Below are positions 49,408 through 63,725 of a stretch of DNA of 64,000 bases, in pieces. The DNA lies in the NCBI RefSeq assembly GCF_002113885.1, contig NW_018407979.1:656226-720225 (forward strand), in the 5' to 3' direction. This DNA comes from Mizuhopecten yessoensis (lineage: Eukaryota). The translations under genes and the position numbers were made by a program. Within the stretch, counting starts at the first letter, position 1, and every line of letters begins with the position of its first letter. The notes below the pieces were generated by a model. It was given only the letters and a program-made list of their open reading frames with translations. It did no database searches and was not told the DNA's origin.

Positions 49408-50300
49408 TAGAGTAAATTCAAGTCCTTTGTTTGGTGCTTGTTAACTAGACAAAACTTGAAAAACATTGATAAGTACTTTGATAGTATTAAAAAGTCGCTC
49501 ACTGAAAGTACTCCCTTGATACTCCAGTGGTTACGCTCACTTTCGCTCTCTGCACCCCTCGAATATGTCATAGCAATATTGAAGGCACGCGACAAGCTAT
49601 TTGATTGGGTTCAGGTAAAAACAGCTGAACAAATCGATAAGTTTGATTCCTGTCCTTTGAAGATACAGAAAAGCGACACCGACTTCAAAGCCAGTCAATT
49701 TTTCCGTTACGCGATAAAACTATCTTCTCACCTCATCCACAATATTGCACACACTAAGCCTTCTATTTTGCTATGACATATTCCGAGGGTGCAGAAAGCG
49801 AAAGTGAGCATAGACGTAAACATATAATCGCAGAAATCAAATAATGCTAATATCAGAATTTCTGTTTTATTTATATATTAACTAGATGGTTGACTCTGCT
49901 GGTGGATTTCTTAATTCCCAAAGTTTGCTTTTACCTTGATGGCCACAGTTGTCTGTTTTGAGTAACTAGTGGCACGGTTCTTAATGTAAACACTCCACTG
50001 AGTAATTTGGTGAAATTAACTAGCACTCCTGTAAAGTTAGTTGGAAATTCATAAAATTAATGAGTATGTACCTGCCTTCTGTTTCAACTTAAGTTCAGAC
50101 AAATTTAATTTCATTGCCCCTGACATCAGGTGTATGCTGGAATTTACAGTGCATTATCAAATATAAAAGTCGCAATCACCAGTGTGTTTGTGTGTTACGT
50201 TTAACTTCATGTGGTCTTTTATCAGGGCAGTCTATCATTGTAATGTATGTTTTTGTACTATTTCAAAGTGTATAAAATTTGCTTGACTTAATATTTCAAG

Positions 50301-50393
50301 GCCATACCACGCATGTCAATGCATCTACCAACCCAAAGACGAGAAGGGAAAATGGATGGGTTGAAGTAGGTTTCGACTTTACAGTATCACCAG
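50301..50393 (+). CDS. GH10 xylanase exon 3, CBM continued (SHTTHVNASTNPKTRRENGWVEVGFDFTVSPG)
   Basis: Acceptor tttcaag|, donor CAG|gtaaga. Only one frame is open, and its phase is consistent with exons 2 and 4. GW...G.F is the conserved CBM core. Confidence 0.6.
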
Positions 50394-51045
50394 GTAAGAT
50401 AATTACAGGTATATATGACATTTACAGCAAAACTATCATAAGGTGATATCTGTATACACTTAAAAAAATACAACAAATGATACCATTTGTTTTGGACAAT
50501 ATCGTTCTCCCTTTATTTACAGAATGATCTCCCGTTTTATACATTGATGTTTATCTCTGTCAACTCCTAAGGTATGACAGATATGACGTAAAAAGAAACA
50601 ATAGTCTACTCTTGAATAGTCTTCGAAACAATAGGATATGACGTCACAATCAGCTCTCGACAGAAAAAGTCCTATGTAAATCATGATAAAACATATTCCA
50701 AATGCTGGAAACTATTGTTCTCCATATAGTACATGTGTGGGATTGATCGGAGAAAAATAATCACCCACTGTTTTGAAGATGTAACCAAGAAATCTCTAAC
50801 CCTCGCAGAGTCTCCAGTTATACAACCAAAACATAACCCCACGGGTTAGATATTTCCCTGTGACATCATCGAGATAGGGGGGGATTATATAAGTCACACC
50901 TTTAAGCTCTTAAATAAGAATTTATGCTGTAGTTAGATTTTTTTCTGCGTGTATATAAACGGATGGGCAGTGAAGTGGGAGTTTCAAAACATGGTCCCAG
51001 CCAGGTCAAGTTTGCTAAATTATCGGTTATATACTATATTTGCAG

Positions 51046-51202
51046 GTATCCATCAAATTTCCATTTTCTTTGCCATCAACGAACAACAGGTAAACTACAT
51101 GGTCGATGACGCAAGTTTCGAGGAACTCACTTACGATGCTAACTGGAAGTCCGAAGCTAACTCCCGGATTACCAGTATCCGGAAAGCTCCTATCACAGTT
51201 AA
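51046..51202 (+). CDS. GH10 xylanase exon 4, CBM C-terminus (GIHQISIFFAINEQQVNYMVDDASFEELTYDANWKSEANSRITSIRKAPITV)
   Basis: Acceptor tttgcag|. The motif VNYMVDDASFEEL matches the CBM4/9/22 C-terminal DFYVDDVSL. Donor AA|gttagt. Anchored on ORF 50949..51212. Confidence 0.65.
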
Positions 51203-52055
51203 GTTAGTGTAATACTACTTCAGAAACTGATAACAGATAACAGATAACGGTAGTTGACCCCATACTTTATCACGTCCGAAATAGTTAGGACTACGGTGAC
51301 GTTGAAATAGGTTTATTATGACATTGGGAAAAAGAACTATTAGAAAAAGAATGTGTTCTGTGACAATTTTTTTTTTTTTTTTGGATGAGTTGATGTCCTT
51401 TTGTGAGTCCTCTATTCTTGCTGTTTCCACTATCCGTGCCTCATTATAAGCCATAGTGTTTTTAGGAGCTTATGTTATATTGGATTACCCTTTGTTTGAT
51501 GTTAATCTTGCCTGAAAATCGTCAGATTAATAGTGTTTTAGTGGATCACACCTCGGACGTTATTTCAGTGATTAGTCTTTAAATTATGATGTCAAGTTAC
51601 AATGCTTTGCGACGTCATCTTCCATTGTGACGTCATAGCTTCAATCGTTTCCCCAATCTGAAACAGGACATTCCTGGAGAATCATGGTTTTCTAGATATA
51701 GTATATTAACGTTTTGGAAGAAAAGGGTAATTAAACTTCGTGATGGTTGATTATCATGTTTATCTTACTCGAGTTAGTAAGTTTTAAAATTAAAAACACA
51801 CTCAGTTTTACAGTGTGTCTTTCTAATCAGTCGTTGGGGAACATCTATTAGACTAAACGTGTGTCCTCTCTTTTAAATTACACGTGTGCCCCCCTCTATG
51901 ATACTATACGTGTGGCCCCTCTTTTCGACTTAACGTGACGGTGTGCCCCCTGTATTAGACTATACATGTGCCTAATTAGAGTAAGTTCTGAAAAATGATG
52001 ACCAGATACACAAGTGTATTGAGTGTCTTTTAATTTGTTTTTCATTTTGTTCCAG

Positions 52056-52092
52056 TTTTCAAAATCTCCATGGATCTGGTTATACTGTTGAG
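52056..52092 (+). CDS. Candidate 37-nt linker micro-exon of the xylanase gene (NFQNLHGSGYTVE)
   Basis: Good acceptor (ttttgttccag|) and donor (GAG|gtcagt). It is the only open frame, and it restores phase between exon 4 (ends in phase 2) and the catalytic exon at 58261 (phase 0). No homology support. Confidence 0.4.
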
Positions 52093-52489
52093 GTCAGTAA
52101 CACAATAGGGTGACGCATCCTCACTGATATCATTTGATTACATTTTACATGTACTGTAGATAGCTTATCATACACACTAGTTATTACATAACAAAACACC
52201 TCAAACGTACTTTTAAAACGTATTTTATCAACCCTACTGATAAAGTCTGCATTACTCATCCATACATTTGTACCGCCTAAACGTACTTGGTATTGCTAAA
52301 GTTCAGGGCTATTTTAGCTTCATTTGTACAAACATAATACATATCTGTACAGTTTTTTTTTTAAATAAACAAGAAATGCACATTACCAGATAAAGCATTT
52401 ATCTACAACAAAAATTAATGCGTGTATACTTAGAGTCAAGTTTTTTTTCTTCTTTTCTTATTACACACAATTTTACATAATTTTACATT

Positions 52490-55400
52490 CCACTAACATA
52501 ATTTCACCACAAAAGCATTCCAAACAATCTTACACACTTATATATTCAACACAATCCTACATAATGTAACATCACTCACAATCCTACATAATGTAACATT
52601 ACACACAATCATTCACAAGGTAACATCACTCACAGTCCTACATAACGCAACATTTCACACAATCCTACACAAGGTAACATCACTCACAATCCTACACATG
52701 GTAACATCACTCACAATCCTACACAAGGTAACATCACTCACAATCCTACACAAGGTAACATTACACACAATCATACATAATGTAACATTACACACAATCC
52801 TACATAATGCAACATTACAAACAATCTTACATAATGAAACATTACACACAATCCTACATAATGCAACATTACAAACAATCTTACATAATGAAACATTACA
52901 CACAATCCTACATAATGCAACATTACAAACAATCTTACATAATGAAACATTACACACAATCCTACATAATGCAACATTACACACAGTCCTACACAATGTA
53001 ACATTACACACAATCCTACATAATGCAACATTACAAACAATCTTACACAATGTAACATTACACAAAATCCTACATAATGCAACATTACACACAATCCTAC
53101 ACAAGGTAACATCCGTCATAATCCTACATAATGTAACATCACTCACAATCCTACACAAGGTAACATCACTCACAATCCTACACAAGGTAACATCACTCAC
53201 AATCCTACACATGGTAACATCACTCACAATCCTACACAAGGTAACATTACACACAATCCTACACAAGGTAACATCCGTCATAATCCTACATAATGTAACA
53301 TCACTCACAATCCTACATAATGTAACATTACACACAATCATTCACAAGGTAACATCACTCACAGTCCTACATAACGCAACATTACACACAATCCTACACA
53401 ATGTAACATTACACACAGTCCTACACAATGTAACATTACACACAGTCCTACACAATGTAACATTACACACAATCGTACATAATGTAACATTACACACAAT
53501 CCTACATAATGCAACATTACAAACAATCTTACATAATGAAACATTACACACAATCCTACATAATGCAACATTACAAACAATCTTACACAATGTAACATTA
53601 CACAAAATCCTACATAATGCAACATTACACACAATCCTACACAATGCAACATTACACTCAATCCTATATAATGCAACATTACACACAGTCCTACACAATG
53701 TAACATTACACACAGTCCTACACAATGTAACATTACACACAATCGTACATAATGTAACATTACACACAATCCTACACAATGTAACATTACACACAATCCT
53801 ACACAATGCAACATTACACTCAATCCTATATAATGCAACATTACACACAGTCCTACACAATGTAACATTACACACAATCCTACACAATGTAACATTACAC
53901 ACAATCCTACATAATGCAACTTTACACACAATCCTACATAATGTAACATTACACACAATCCTACACAAGGTAACATCCGTCATAATCCTACATAATGTAA
54001 CATCACTCACAATCCTACACAAGGTAACATTACACACAATCTTACACAAGGTAACATCACTCACAATCCTACATAATGTAACATCAAACACAATCCTACA
54101 CAAGGTAACATCACTCACAATCCTACATAATGTAACATTACACACAATCCTGCACAAGGTAACATCACTCACAATCCTACACAAGGTAACATTACCCACA
54201 ATCATACACAAGGTAACATCACTCACAATCCTACACAAGGTAACATCACTCACAATCCTACACAAGGTAACATCACTCACAATCCTACACAATGTAACAT
54301 TACTCACAATCCTACATAATGTAACATTACACACAATCCTACACACGGTAACATTACGCACAATCATACATAATGTAACATTACACACAATCCTACACAA
54401 GGTAACATCACTCACAATCCTACACAAGGTAACATCACTCACAATCCTACACAAGGTAACATCACTCACAATCCTACACAATGTAACATTACTCACAATC
54501 CTACATAATGTAACATTACACACAATCCTACACACGGTAACATTACGCACAATCATACATAATGTAACATTACACACAATCCTACACAAGGTAACATCAC
54601 TCACAATCCTACACAAGGTAACATCACTCACAATCCTACACAAGGTAACATCACTCACAATCCTACACAATGTAACATTACTCACAATCCTACATAATGT
54701 AACATTACACACAATCCTACACACGGTAACATTACGCACAATCATACATAATGTAACATTACACACAATCCTACACAAGGTAACATCACTGACAATCCTA
54801 TACAAGGTAACATTACACACAATCCAACACAAGGTAACATCACTCACAATCCTACACAAGGTAACATCACTGACAATCCTATACAAGGTAACATTACACA
54901 CAATCCTACACAAGGTAACATCGCTCACAATCCTACATAATGTAACATTACACACAATCCAACACAAGGTAACATCACTCACAATCCTACATAATGTAAC
55001 ATTACACACAATCATTCACAAGGTAACATCACTCACAGTCCTACATAACGCAACATTTCACACAATCCTACACAAGGTAACATCACTCACAATCCTACAC
55101 ATGGTAACATCACTCACAATCCTACACAAGGTAACATCACTCACAATCCTACAAATGTAACGTCACTCACAATCCTACACAAGGTAACATGACGCACAAT
55201 CATACATAATGTAACATTACACACAATCCTACACAAGGTAACATCACTCACGATCCTACATCATGTAACATTACACACAATCCTACACAAGGTAACATCA
55301 CTCACAATCCTACCCAAGGTAACATCACTCACAATCCTCCACAAGGTAACATCACTCACAACCTACATTATGTAACATCACTCACAATCCTACATAATGC

Positions 55401-56960
55401 AACATAACACACAATCCTACACAAGGTAACATCACTCACAATCCTGCACAAGGTAACATCACTCACAATCCTACATCATGTAACATTACACACAATCCTA
55501 CACAATGTAACATCACTCACAATCCTACACAAGGTAACATGACGCACAATCATACATAATGTAACATTACACACAATCCTACACAAGGTAACATCACTCA
55601 CAATCCTCCACAAGGTAACATCACTCACAACCTACATTATGTAACATCACTCAAAATCCTACATAATGCAACATTACACACAATCTTACATAATGTAACA
55701 TTACACACAATCCTACACAAGGTAACATGACGCCCAATCATACATAATGTAACATTACACACAATCCTACATAATGCAACATTACACACAATCCTACATA
55801 ATGCAACATTACAAACAAACTTACATAATGCAACATTACACACAATCCTACACAATGTAACATTACACACAATCATACATAATGTAACATTACACACAGT
55901 CCTACACAATGTAACATTACACACAATCCTACATAATGCAACATTACAAACAAACTTACATAATGCAACATTACACACAATCCTACACAATGTAACATTA
56001 CACACAATCCTACATAATGCAACATTACAAACAAACTTACATAATGCAACATTACACACAATCCTACACAAGGTAACATCACTCACAATCCTCCACAAGG
56101 TAACATCACTCACAGTCCTACATAATGTAACATCAAGCACAATCCTACATAATGTAACACTACACACAGTCCTACATAATGTAACATTACACACAATCCT
56201 ACACAATGTAACATTACACACAGTCCTACATAATTTAACATTACACACAATCCTACACAATGTAACATTACACACAATCCTACATAATGTAACATTACAC
56301 ACAATCCTACACAAGGTAACATCACTCACAATCCTACACAAGGTAACATTACCCACAATCATACACAAGGTAACATCACTCACAATCCTACACAAGGTAA
56401 CATTACCCACAATCATACACAAGGTAACATCACTCACAATCCTACACAAGGTAACATCACTCACAATCCTACACAAGGTAACATGACGCACAAGCATACA
56501 TAATGTAACATTACACACAATCCTACATAATGCAACATTACACACAATCCTATATAATGCGACATTACACACAATCCTATATAATGCGACATTACACACA
56601 ATCTTACATAATGCAACATTACACATAATCCTACATAATGTAACATTACACACAATACTACATATTACAACATTACACACAATTCTACATAATGCAACGT
56701 TACACACAATCCTACATAACGCAACATTACACACAATCTTACATAATGTAATTTTACACACAAATTCACCAGAACTTGTAAACTTACATAATTTAACACG
56801 ACGCGCAATCTTACATAATTGAACATTACCCACAATCTTACATAATTCAATATTACATAATCTTACATAATTTAGCATAACACTTTATCTCACATAGTTC
56901 ATGTTTTACGTAATTTTCAATTAATAATATTACTGACAATCTCACATAATTCAGTATTAC
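52490..56960. repeat. 27-bp minisatellite (consensus TCACAATCCTACACAAGGTAACATCAC), about 165 copies over about 4.45 kb, with higher-order repeats
   Basis: Strict 27-nt periodicity. It is a multiple of 3, so it generates the 820-aa, 557-aa and 413-aa artefact ORFs on both strands. Blocks of 189 bp are repeated 3 times (54181-54720), and blocks of 54 bp 3 times near 52800-52960. Confidence 0.95.
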
Positions 56961-58260
56961 ACACAATCCTACATACTCCAGTTTTTCGACTTTATTGGGA
57001 TTACACGATTCTCCAAAATCGAACGGATCTACTTTTTCAATATTTACTTGCTGATAATTTTAATGTAACCCACAAACAGGAACAGCTTAAAAATACGGCT
57101 GTTGGACTTTTGACATTTTTCTACTAAAACTGATTTTGGATGGAAAAAGTGTTTTCGATTTTTATTAAATTAATAAATTTTCACGCACGCATAACGTCAT
57201 TTTCTGGTATGAGATCGCTTAAAAGACGTAGGCCCATGCTACCGCGAATATATATTGTTTCTGCTTGACGTTTATTTGAAATGTATGTGTTTTGGGTGTT
57301 AATACCGTAAATTCCTAGTGATAATAGAAATCAAAGACAGTACGCTTGGTGGTTAAAAGCAGGATTTTTTTTAAAGATCGATAGTGGTATATCTCTTAAT
57401 AACATTGAGTAAACCACAGGAGTTTTAAATCTGTCAAAATTAGTTTTTTTGTATTATTACTGCTATTATTTTTTTCGAAATTTTAGACTCATATGACTTA
57501 GCAAAGATTCCTTGAGTGTTAGCTAGCTAACCTAGCTTTGTTTAAACTAATGGGCCTCGCCTTTGCCTAAATTGGAGGATCACAGATGTGATAAATGTTT
57601 GCAAACAGTATTGAAAAGCATTTGGGCTATACAGGCCCACACCAGTCAATATTTCTATCAGAAAGGTGATACTTGGAATTGGATAGTTAGGAGTATTGGT
57701 CTATATCAATATTTATGATCAAGTTAAACATTGTGAATTGAGGCTAAAAGTATATGAGCTTCGCATATCAAGTCAGTATCTAATCATGCATGTATCAAGT
57801 AAAGGTTTTGCTTATTCCATCGGATTTCTATAAAAAGCTCATTAATTGGTATATGTACAGTACCAGATTTTGAGTCCTTTCAAGACTTTGATTTTTATAA
57901 TCGTATGACAGAAACCCCCCCCCCCCCACTAAAATAACGAATGTCTTCAGTGGATAGGAATTGTTGTTTATAGAACTCTAATGAATGCCGAGTTCCCTGG
58001 TGTATATTTAACTCAACATTTAAATACTAATTATATCTATTTTTTTTAAATTTATATATCGTTTTTATCTTTAATAAATATATTTGTACGTTTGTAATTG
58101 TATACATAAAACTCTATTTCAATATCTTCTCAATTTAGTCGCAATAGAACTACCGAATTTTGCCCAGAACAGAATAACATTGCCATTTAACAAGAAGCAG
58201 AATTCAATCCTCAATTTACATGTATCTAATTATATAAACAATTTTCTTTGTTTATGACAG

Positions 58261-58419
58261 ATTCAACAAACAGGGAGCAAATTTGCATTCGGCTCAGTTG
58301 TGGACGCTGCCATGATCGTTGATTCAGTACATCGTCCATACCAACAGTTTTTCTACGACAACTTTGAGTGGGGAGTTCTCGGGAACGCTCTCAAATGGCC
58401 ACAGACGGAACCCGTTCAG
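58261..58419 (+). CDS. GH10 xylanase catalytic-domain exon (IQQTGSKFAFGSVVDAAMIVDSVHRPYQQFFYDNFEWGVLGNALKWPQTEPVQ)
   Basis: GH10 N-terminal consensus: FGTAV...FN.ITPENEMKW...EP. Acceptor tttatgacag|, donor CAG|gtgtgt. Anchored on ORF 58300..58590. Confidence 0.8.
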
Positions 58420-59671
58420 GTGTGTAACAAACAAAACAAGGTCGAGTTGAATTTTAAAGAAATACTTTTACACAATGACTGTAAATCAAAACATTTGTCG
58501 ATGTCTGGAATAGATATATTTAAAAAGTATACTCACGGTAGCTCTGTGACCAAAGGTACACCCCACTGTTGCTGTGTCAACATTGTATGATTTTAATAAA
58601 AAGAGTTTTCGTTGACAACTCTAGATTACGCTTTGCATTTTTAAATGGGTTCATAAAAGTATAGAATTATCGTGTTGACACACCTCCAATCCCCACATCA
58701 AAAATGTAATCGAAATGAAAAAAATATTTTTGCGTTTAAGCATCTTTCATAGTTTTCATTAGACTGTTTAAATCTAATTTTAACAAGTCTTGTTAGCAAA
58801 ATGTAATGCCAAGTAACATTTACCCTTGCGTCCTCGAATAGATATATATTGTTTGTTTATTTTATCTGCAGGCCGTTATCATTTCGAGTTTCGTGACATG
58901 AGTAGTCGATTTTTAAGCTTTAGTAGTCCTGACATTATCAGTGATTCGGAACTGTACAAAAAAGATTTGATAAAACTTTAAAAATCTTTCATACAATTTC
59001 CAATACAACGTATTTTAACATGTATACATGTTCAAGTTAGATAATACGCTACTTTACACGTTATATATTATATTAGCATTAGTGTTTCAACGTATATGCT
59101 ACTTTAACTGGTGTACCTGTAATTTGAGCTAGAATTAATACAATATGTTGTATTCCTAATACATCTGAGATATAATAGATTAGGTTACAGTTGTATAACA
59201 CACCTTTTATCTTATATTTTTCATTTGTGTTTGAGTTTATCTTATATCAAGCATTACACTTTATATGTGGTGTTTGTGGTATAATTTAGTTTACACGCTA
59301 CATTCCACATGATCTATTCTGTGTTTTTGAGTTAAATTAACTTGATTTGCCACACTGTACCTGTAATTTGGAATACAGTAAGGTTTCATATTAACTTATG
59401 TGTCCAACCTTTTGGTAGAGGTACGTTGTAGCTCTACTTGCATAATTGTAATAAGCGTTATCTGATAATCAATATTGACTGGGGTTTTTCGTGTCCCTTT
59501 GTCACTTTCAAATTCATGTCAACGTACTAACCATATCCAGATGTACATTTACAAAAGTCGTTTAGTTTACAAATCCTGGACAATGGAAATTAATCTCACA
59601 GTAAGGTAACATCATATACTTCAATTGTAGTTATCACATTTTACTTACTTATCTATAACTTTGTTTTCAAG

Positions 59672-59727
59672 GGACATCCAAACCTAGATAATGCTATGAT
59701 TGCCGTGAATGCCCTTCGAGCTAAGGG
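59672..59727 (+). CDS. GH10 xylanase exon (GHPNLDNAMIAVNALRAKG)
   Basis: Corresponds to the GH10 ...G.FNFS.AD..V.FA.ANG block. Acceptor ttttcaag|, donor GG|gtgcgt. Confidence 0.7.
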
Positions 59728-60611
59728 GTGCGTACTGCTTATGAAGATTTAACAGACTGCTTTTAAATCCACAGCCGACATTATAATTACACAAAGAAGT
59801 CCTATTAAATCTGTTTTTTTTTAATATTCACATGAAATAATTTTAAATAATTTTGAGACGCTGTTACATTGATGTCAACAAACGAGCCTCATCATTTTAT
59901 TGTGATAAACATGTATATATATAATTATGTGTAAAGTGTTTGCAGATTGATAATGAAAGCGCCCATGCTTTACAGATCTACGTGATTCTGAATTAGTTTT
60001 CAAACTTTTCATATATTTACCGGACAATGAGGACAGAATATATATTTTGGTGTATAATTATGAAAAAACAAAAAGTTTCATAAATCCAATAATAAAAATC
60101 GTGATTGATAACTTTTGAACTAATGCTGCCCAAGTCATGATACCTGATGTTAATATATGTACCACATGTACCGTACGCTGCATTTCATCGAAATATATGA
60201 CACTATAAAATAAATGTATCACTCAATGGCACTGCCGCTTTATTACCCTCCCAGGTTCAGATGGCATTCATATCAGCTATGAAGGTCATAGCCAACGTTT
60301 TATTACTATGACGTAAAAATTGTAACATTATATACCACTGACCTAACCCTTGAGAACAGCTATTTTGTTAAACATTGAACACACATACAATACATACATA
60401 TATTTGAACCAAATACTGCAAGAATTTTTTTTTTTCTATGCGGTTAGAAAATGTAAAATATAAGTATTGAACAGCTTTTAGTTGGTATTCATAGTCAATT
60501 TGTCACTGTTCAGTGCATACGTATAATAGTCTATGTCGGCTGGTGATTGGGTCTGGTTTTTTTTTATTATTATTTCATAAAATATATATTAAGTTATCAT
60601 TGTGATTACAG

Positions 60612-60752
60612 GAAGAAGATGCGCGGACACAACATGTTCTGGGGTAACGCTAAATACACCCATCCTAGATGGCTTAACGGAATGAATTCAAGCGAAATCA
60701 TACAATCAATGCACACGCATATCAATGATGTCATATCGCACACACGGGGAAC
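60612..60752 (+). CDS. GH10 xylanase exon (KKMRGHNMFWGNAKYTHPRWLNGMNSSEIIQSMHTHINDVISHTRG)
   Basis: GH10 consensus RGHTLVWH.Q.P.W...S...L...H.I..VV.RYKG. Acceptor attacag|, donor AC|gtaagt. Anchored on ORF 60547..60756. Confidence 0.82.
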
Positions 60753-61582
60753 GTAAGTGTATTGAACCTTAATACACATTCATAGGTATTTTTAGCATAT
60801 ATCTAATACATAGAAATAAATATGCAATTAATTGTTACAATTATTAAAATATGAGGATATTGCCGGACTGCCTTATGCCGCTTACCGCTGATCGGGACCG
60901 GGCTTCTAATGATTATAGTAAGCAATCATTATAATAATGAATTATATATATATATTATTTATTTTAAAGATAACAATTATCAGACAATACAAATACTATA
61001 TGTTACCTGTAACTGATCGAGATCGGTTTATCTCAGTTGAGGGCTAAGATTATGATTAAGATTATAATCCAAACCGAGGTGTAAGCCGAGTTTGAGATGA
61101 TACAGAGTCTTACCCCGAGACTGAGATAACCCGATCCCACTCTATTACAGGTAATTATTGTTTTTTTCGCACCTTTTAAGGTTATACTCATAAGTATCCC
61201 GTCTGGGGCCTCAAATGAATATGGCCTCTACACTACTATAACAACATGTTATTGCTTCCGCATTAAAATGTAGTTTGTCCTTACAAAGAAGACAACGTAT
61301 TTCACAGCGTAAAATATATTTTATCTACAACAACAGGAATCTAACAACATCAAAAAAATACTAATAATGACAACATTGAATATTTCTAATGCAGATTGTC
61401 AATTTCGAGGCGTAAACGCGCGGATGAATTCATCGCTGCGTAAAAATTCCGCGAAATGTCGCAAACAGGTTACAGACAGATCGAATGAGATAGAACAATC
61501 TAGTATGAGTTATGACGTGAGATATCCTTATCTGAGGTGCAAGATGATACGGGATGAGTGACTAAAATTATCATCCATCTAG

Positions 61583-61754
61583 GTTGGAGCACTGGGATGT
61601 TTACAACGAGAACCTTCACGGGATATACTTCGAGGAAAGTACAGGTCACGTGAATATCACCAAGGAGATGTTTTACTGGGTCCACCATGCAGAGAGAGGA
61701 GTGAAATTGTTCCTCAATGATTTTGCTGTGGCATCGTCCAGTAAAATGACAACT
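61583..61754 (+). CDS. GH10 xylanase exon with the acid/base Glu (LEHWDVYNENLHGIYFEESTGHVNITKEMFYWVHHAERGVKLFLNDFAVASSSKMTT)
   Basis: WDVYNEN aligns to the GH10 WDVVNE catalytic acid/base. FYWVHHAERGVKLFLNDF aligns to FRWAHEADPNAKLYYNDY. Acceptor catctag|, donor ACT|gtgaga. Anchored on ORF 61584..61820. Confidence 0.85.
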
Positions 61755-62216
61755 GTGAGAGCAATGTTCACTTCATGCTTTTCAAATACATTCCTCAATA
61801 ACATTCGCAATTTCTATTGAGAGAAAAAAAAGTTTTTGTACAAATGTTTAAGTCAGCTTTATCTTGTTCCTTTCATATTTTTCTTGCTTTATTCATCGCA
61901 TAAAAGTAGTTGTTATGGATTCTAACGCTACTTTAACAGTTCTTGATTGTTAACAAATGTATGATTCTGTATATGGACTCCAGAAAAATTATTGTTCTTT
62001 ATTAGTCTAATTTAATATCAATTATAATTTAGGGAGAGAAAATGAAAAGAAAAAAAACTCATCAAATTTGTCGGTGTTTTTGTAGGTTAAATGTTTCGTT
62101 TTTGTGCCATCATTGATTTTATGATCTGATACCCTCTCCATAACAAATGTTTGCCAAAGGGCTAAATTTCAATTTTGCATTTTTAATGCAAACCAATGTT
62201 ATCATTAATATCCTAG

Positions 62217-62321
62217 GCGTATAAGAACCAGGCGCTGACAATGAAGAATGCTGGAGTCCCCATTTACGGAATTGGTATTCAGTGTCACACCAACGCTCAA
62301 CTTAATATCTCCTCCTTAAAG
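62217..62321 (+). CDS. GH10 xylanase exon (AYKNQALTMKNAGVPIYGIGIQCHTNAQLNISSLK)
   Basis: GH10 consensus ...LV..L...GVPIDGIGMQ.H. Acceptor tcctag|, donor AAG|gtacgt. Confidence 0.82.
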
Positions 62322-63509
62322 GTACGTGATTTCATTTCATCAAATTTTATTGACAAGATGTCGTAGTCAATTGGATTGAATAACAGGCAAAGCTTACATG
62401 AATTCTCTCCGTCAAATTGCCAAAGTGGAATAAACAATGAGACATAATATTTTAGACATGTTGTAAATGAAAAAATTAACACAAAATATTTCATATTAAC
62501 ACAAGGCTAAGGGGAAGTAACTCATGAAGGAAACATCTCACACACCTCATACACACTTACACACACATACAAGTACATGTACAAATACATTTATTTCAGC
62601 ATATATATACACTATCCTAGACAGATATTGGCAGGCTTAGACCAAAAGTCCATGTGATGACGAAACAAGTTATTAAGGATACCTGTACCAATGTCAAAAA
62701 CGAACGTTGTAACCATAAATTGGAAATACTTGACTTGTGTATCAATAGCTTTACATAATCATTTGTAAAAACGAAATCCATTCCTTGCAGAATCATTTCA
62801 TTTAAGATTTTTTCATGTGAAATGATAAGTTGGTAGGTTGTAAAGGATTTAACTTCCTAACAACAGCTAAGGCCATTTAAGGGCGTAAAATGATAATAGT
62901 GAAAGTAACAAGTATGGAATTAATATGGTAAAATAAAAATAAAAAGTGTTGTAGAAGTAAAACTGCGATGTGACTAGTCCAGAATTTGAAGCCTGTACCC
63001 TACTCTACTCTAACCAGCTGACCTACCTGATAGACGTTATTTCCTTGGTCCTATGACACTTCAGTTATATTCCAAATGAAATTCAGGGGAGGTTACTGTA
63101 GGAAAAAAAAACACTTTTTGAAGTTGTCTATTGTTTTGTCTACAGTTGGACGGGGATTGTTCCCCCTTAATAAGTAAATTTAATAAAGTTACTATGGCCA
63201 GTTTTTGGATCATTTCTTTAGAAGTGATTTGATTTAAACTTCGGTTTAAAACATATTTAGATATCGACAACATCAGATACACCTATATGTATAATGCATT
63301 TGATCATTATATGAAAAGGTAATGTAAGTGTTATCAAGGGATAAAACTTTCAACATATAATATAGATCGTGACGCTCTTTCAAAAGCATTATGCATCATA
63401 TCAACAAACTATTAACTAGCTGTGATGGATTAATCGGTACTCTACCAAATATTTTTCTTACTTCCTAATTTTACCAAAAATATATTGCATTTTTTTTTTT
63501 TTATATTAG

Positions 63510-63725
63510 TATCGGTTAGATAAGATAGCAGAGGCTGGTCTTCCTATCTGGATCACCGAGTTCACTGTTGAAGAGTCGAATGAAGCTATTAAAGCCGATG
63601 CACTAGAGGACATGCTAACACTGTTCATTAGTCACCCGGCCGTGGAGGGCGTCCTGCTCTGGGGCTACTGGGACGGTCGGATCTGGATACCCGAATCGGC
63701 CTTGGCTACTGGCCATAATGTGGAG
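63510..63725 (+). CDS. GH10 xylanase exon with the nucleophile Glu (YRLDKIAEAGLPIWITEFTVEE...GVLLWGYWDGRIWIPESALATGHNVE)
   Basis: ITEF aligns to the GH10 ITELD nucleophile motif. LLWGYWD..W aligns to VWGFTDKYSW. Acceptor ttatattag|, donor GAG|gtattg. Further 3' exons and the stop codon were not resolved before the window ends. Confidence 0.85.

Noticed and set aside
52655-56878. Very long ORFs on both strands (820 aa, 557 aa, 413 aa, 228 aa, 205 aa) with repetitive HNVTLHTIL / CRIVCNVTL peptides
   Set aside because: They are translations of the 27-bp (3 x 9) minisatellite. They have no start context, are open in all six frames, and their composition is dictated by the repeat. They are not genes.
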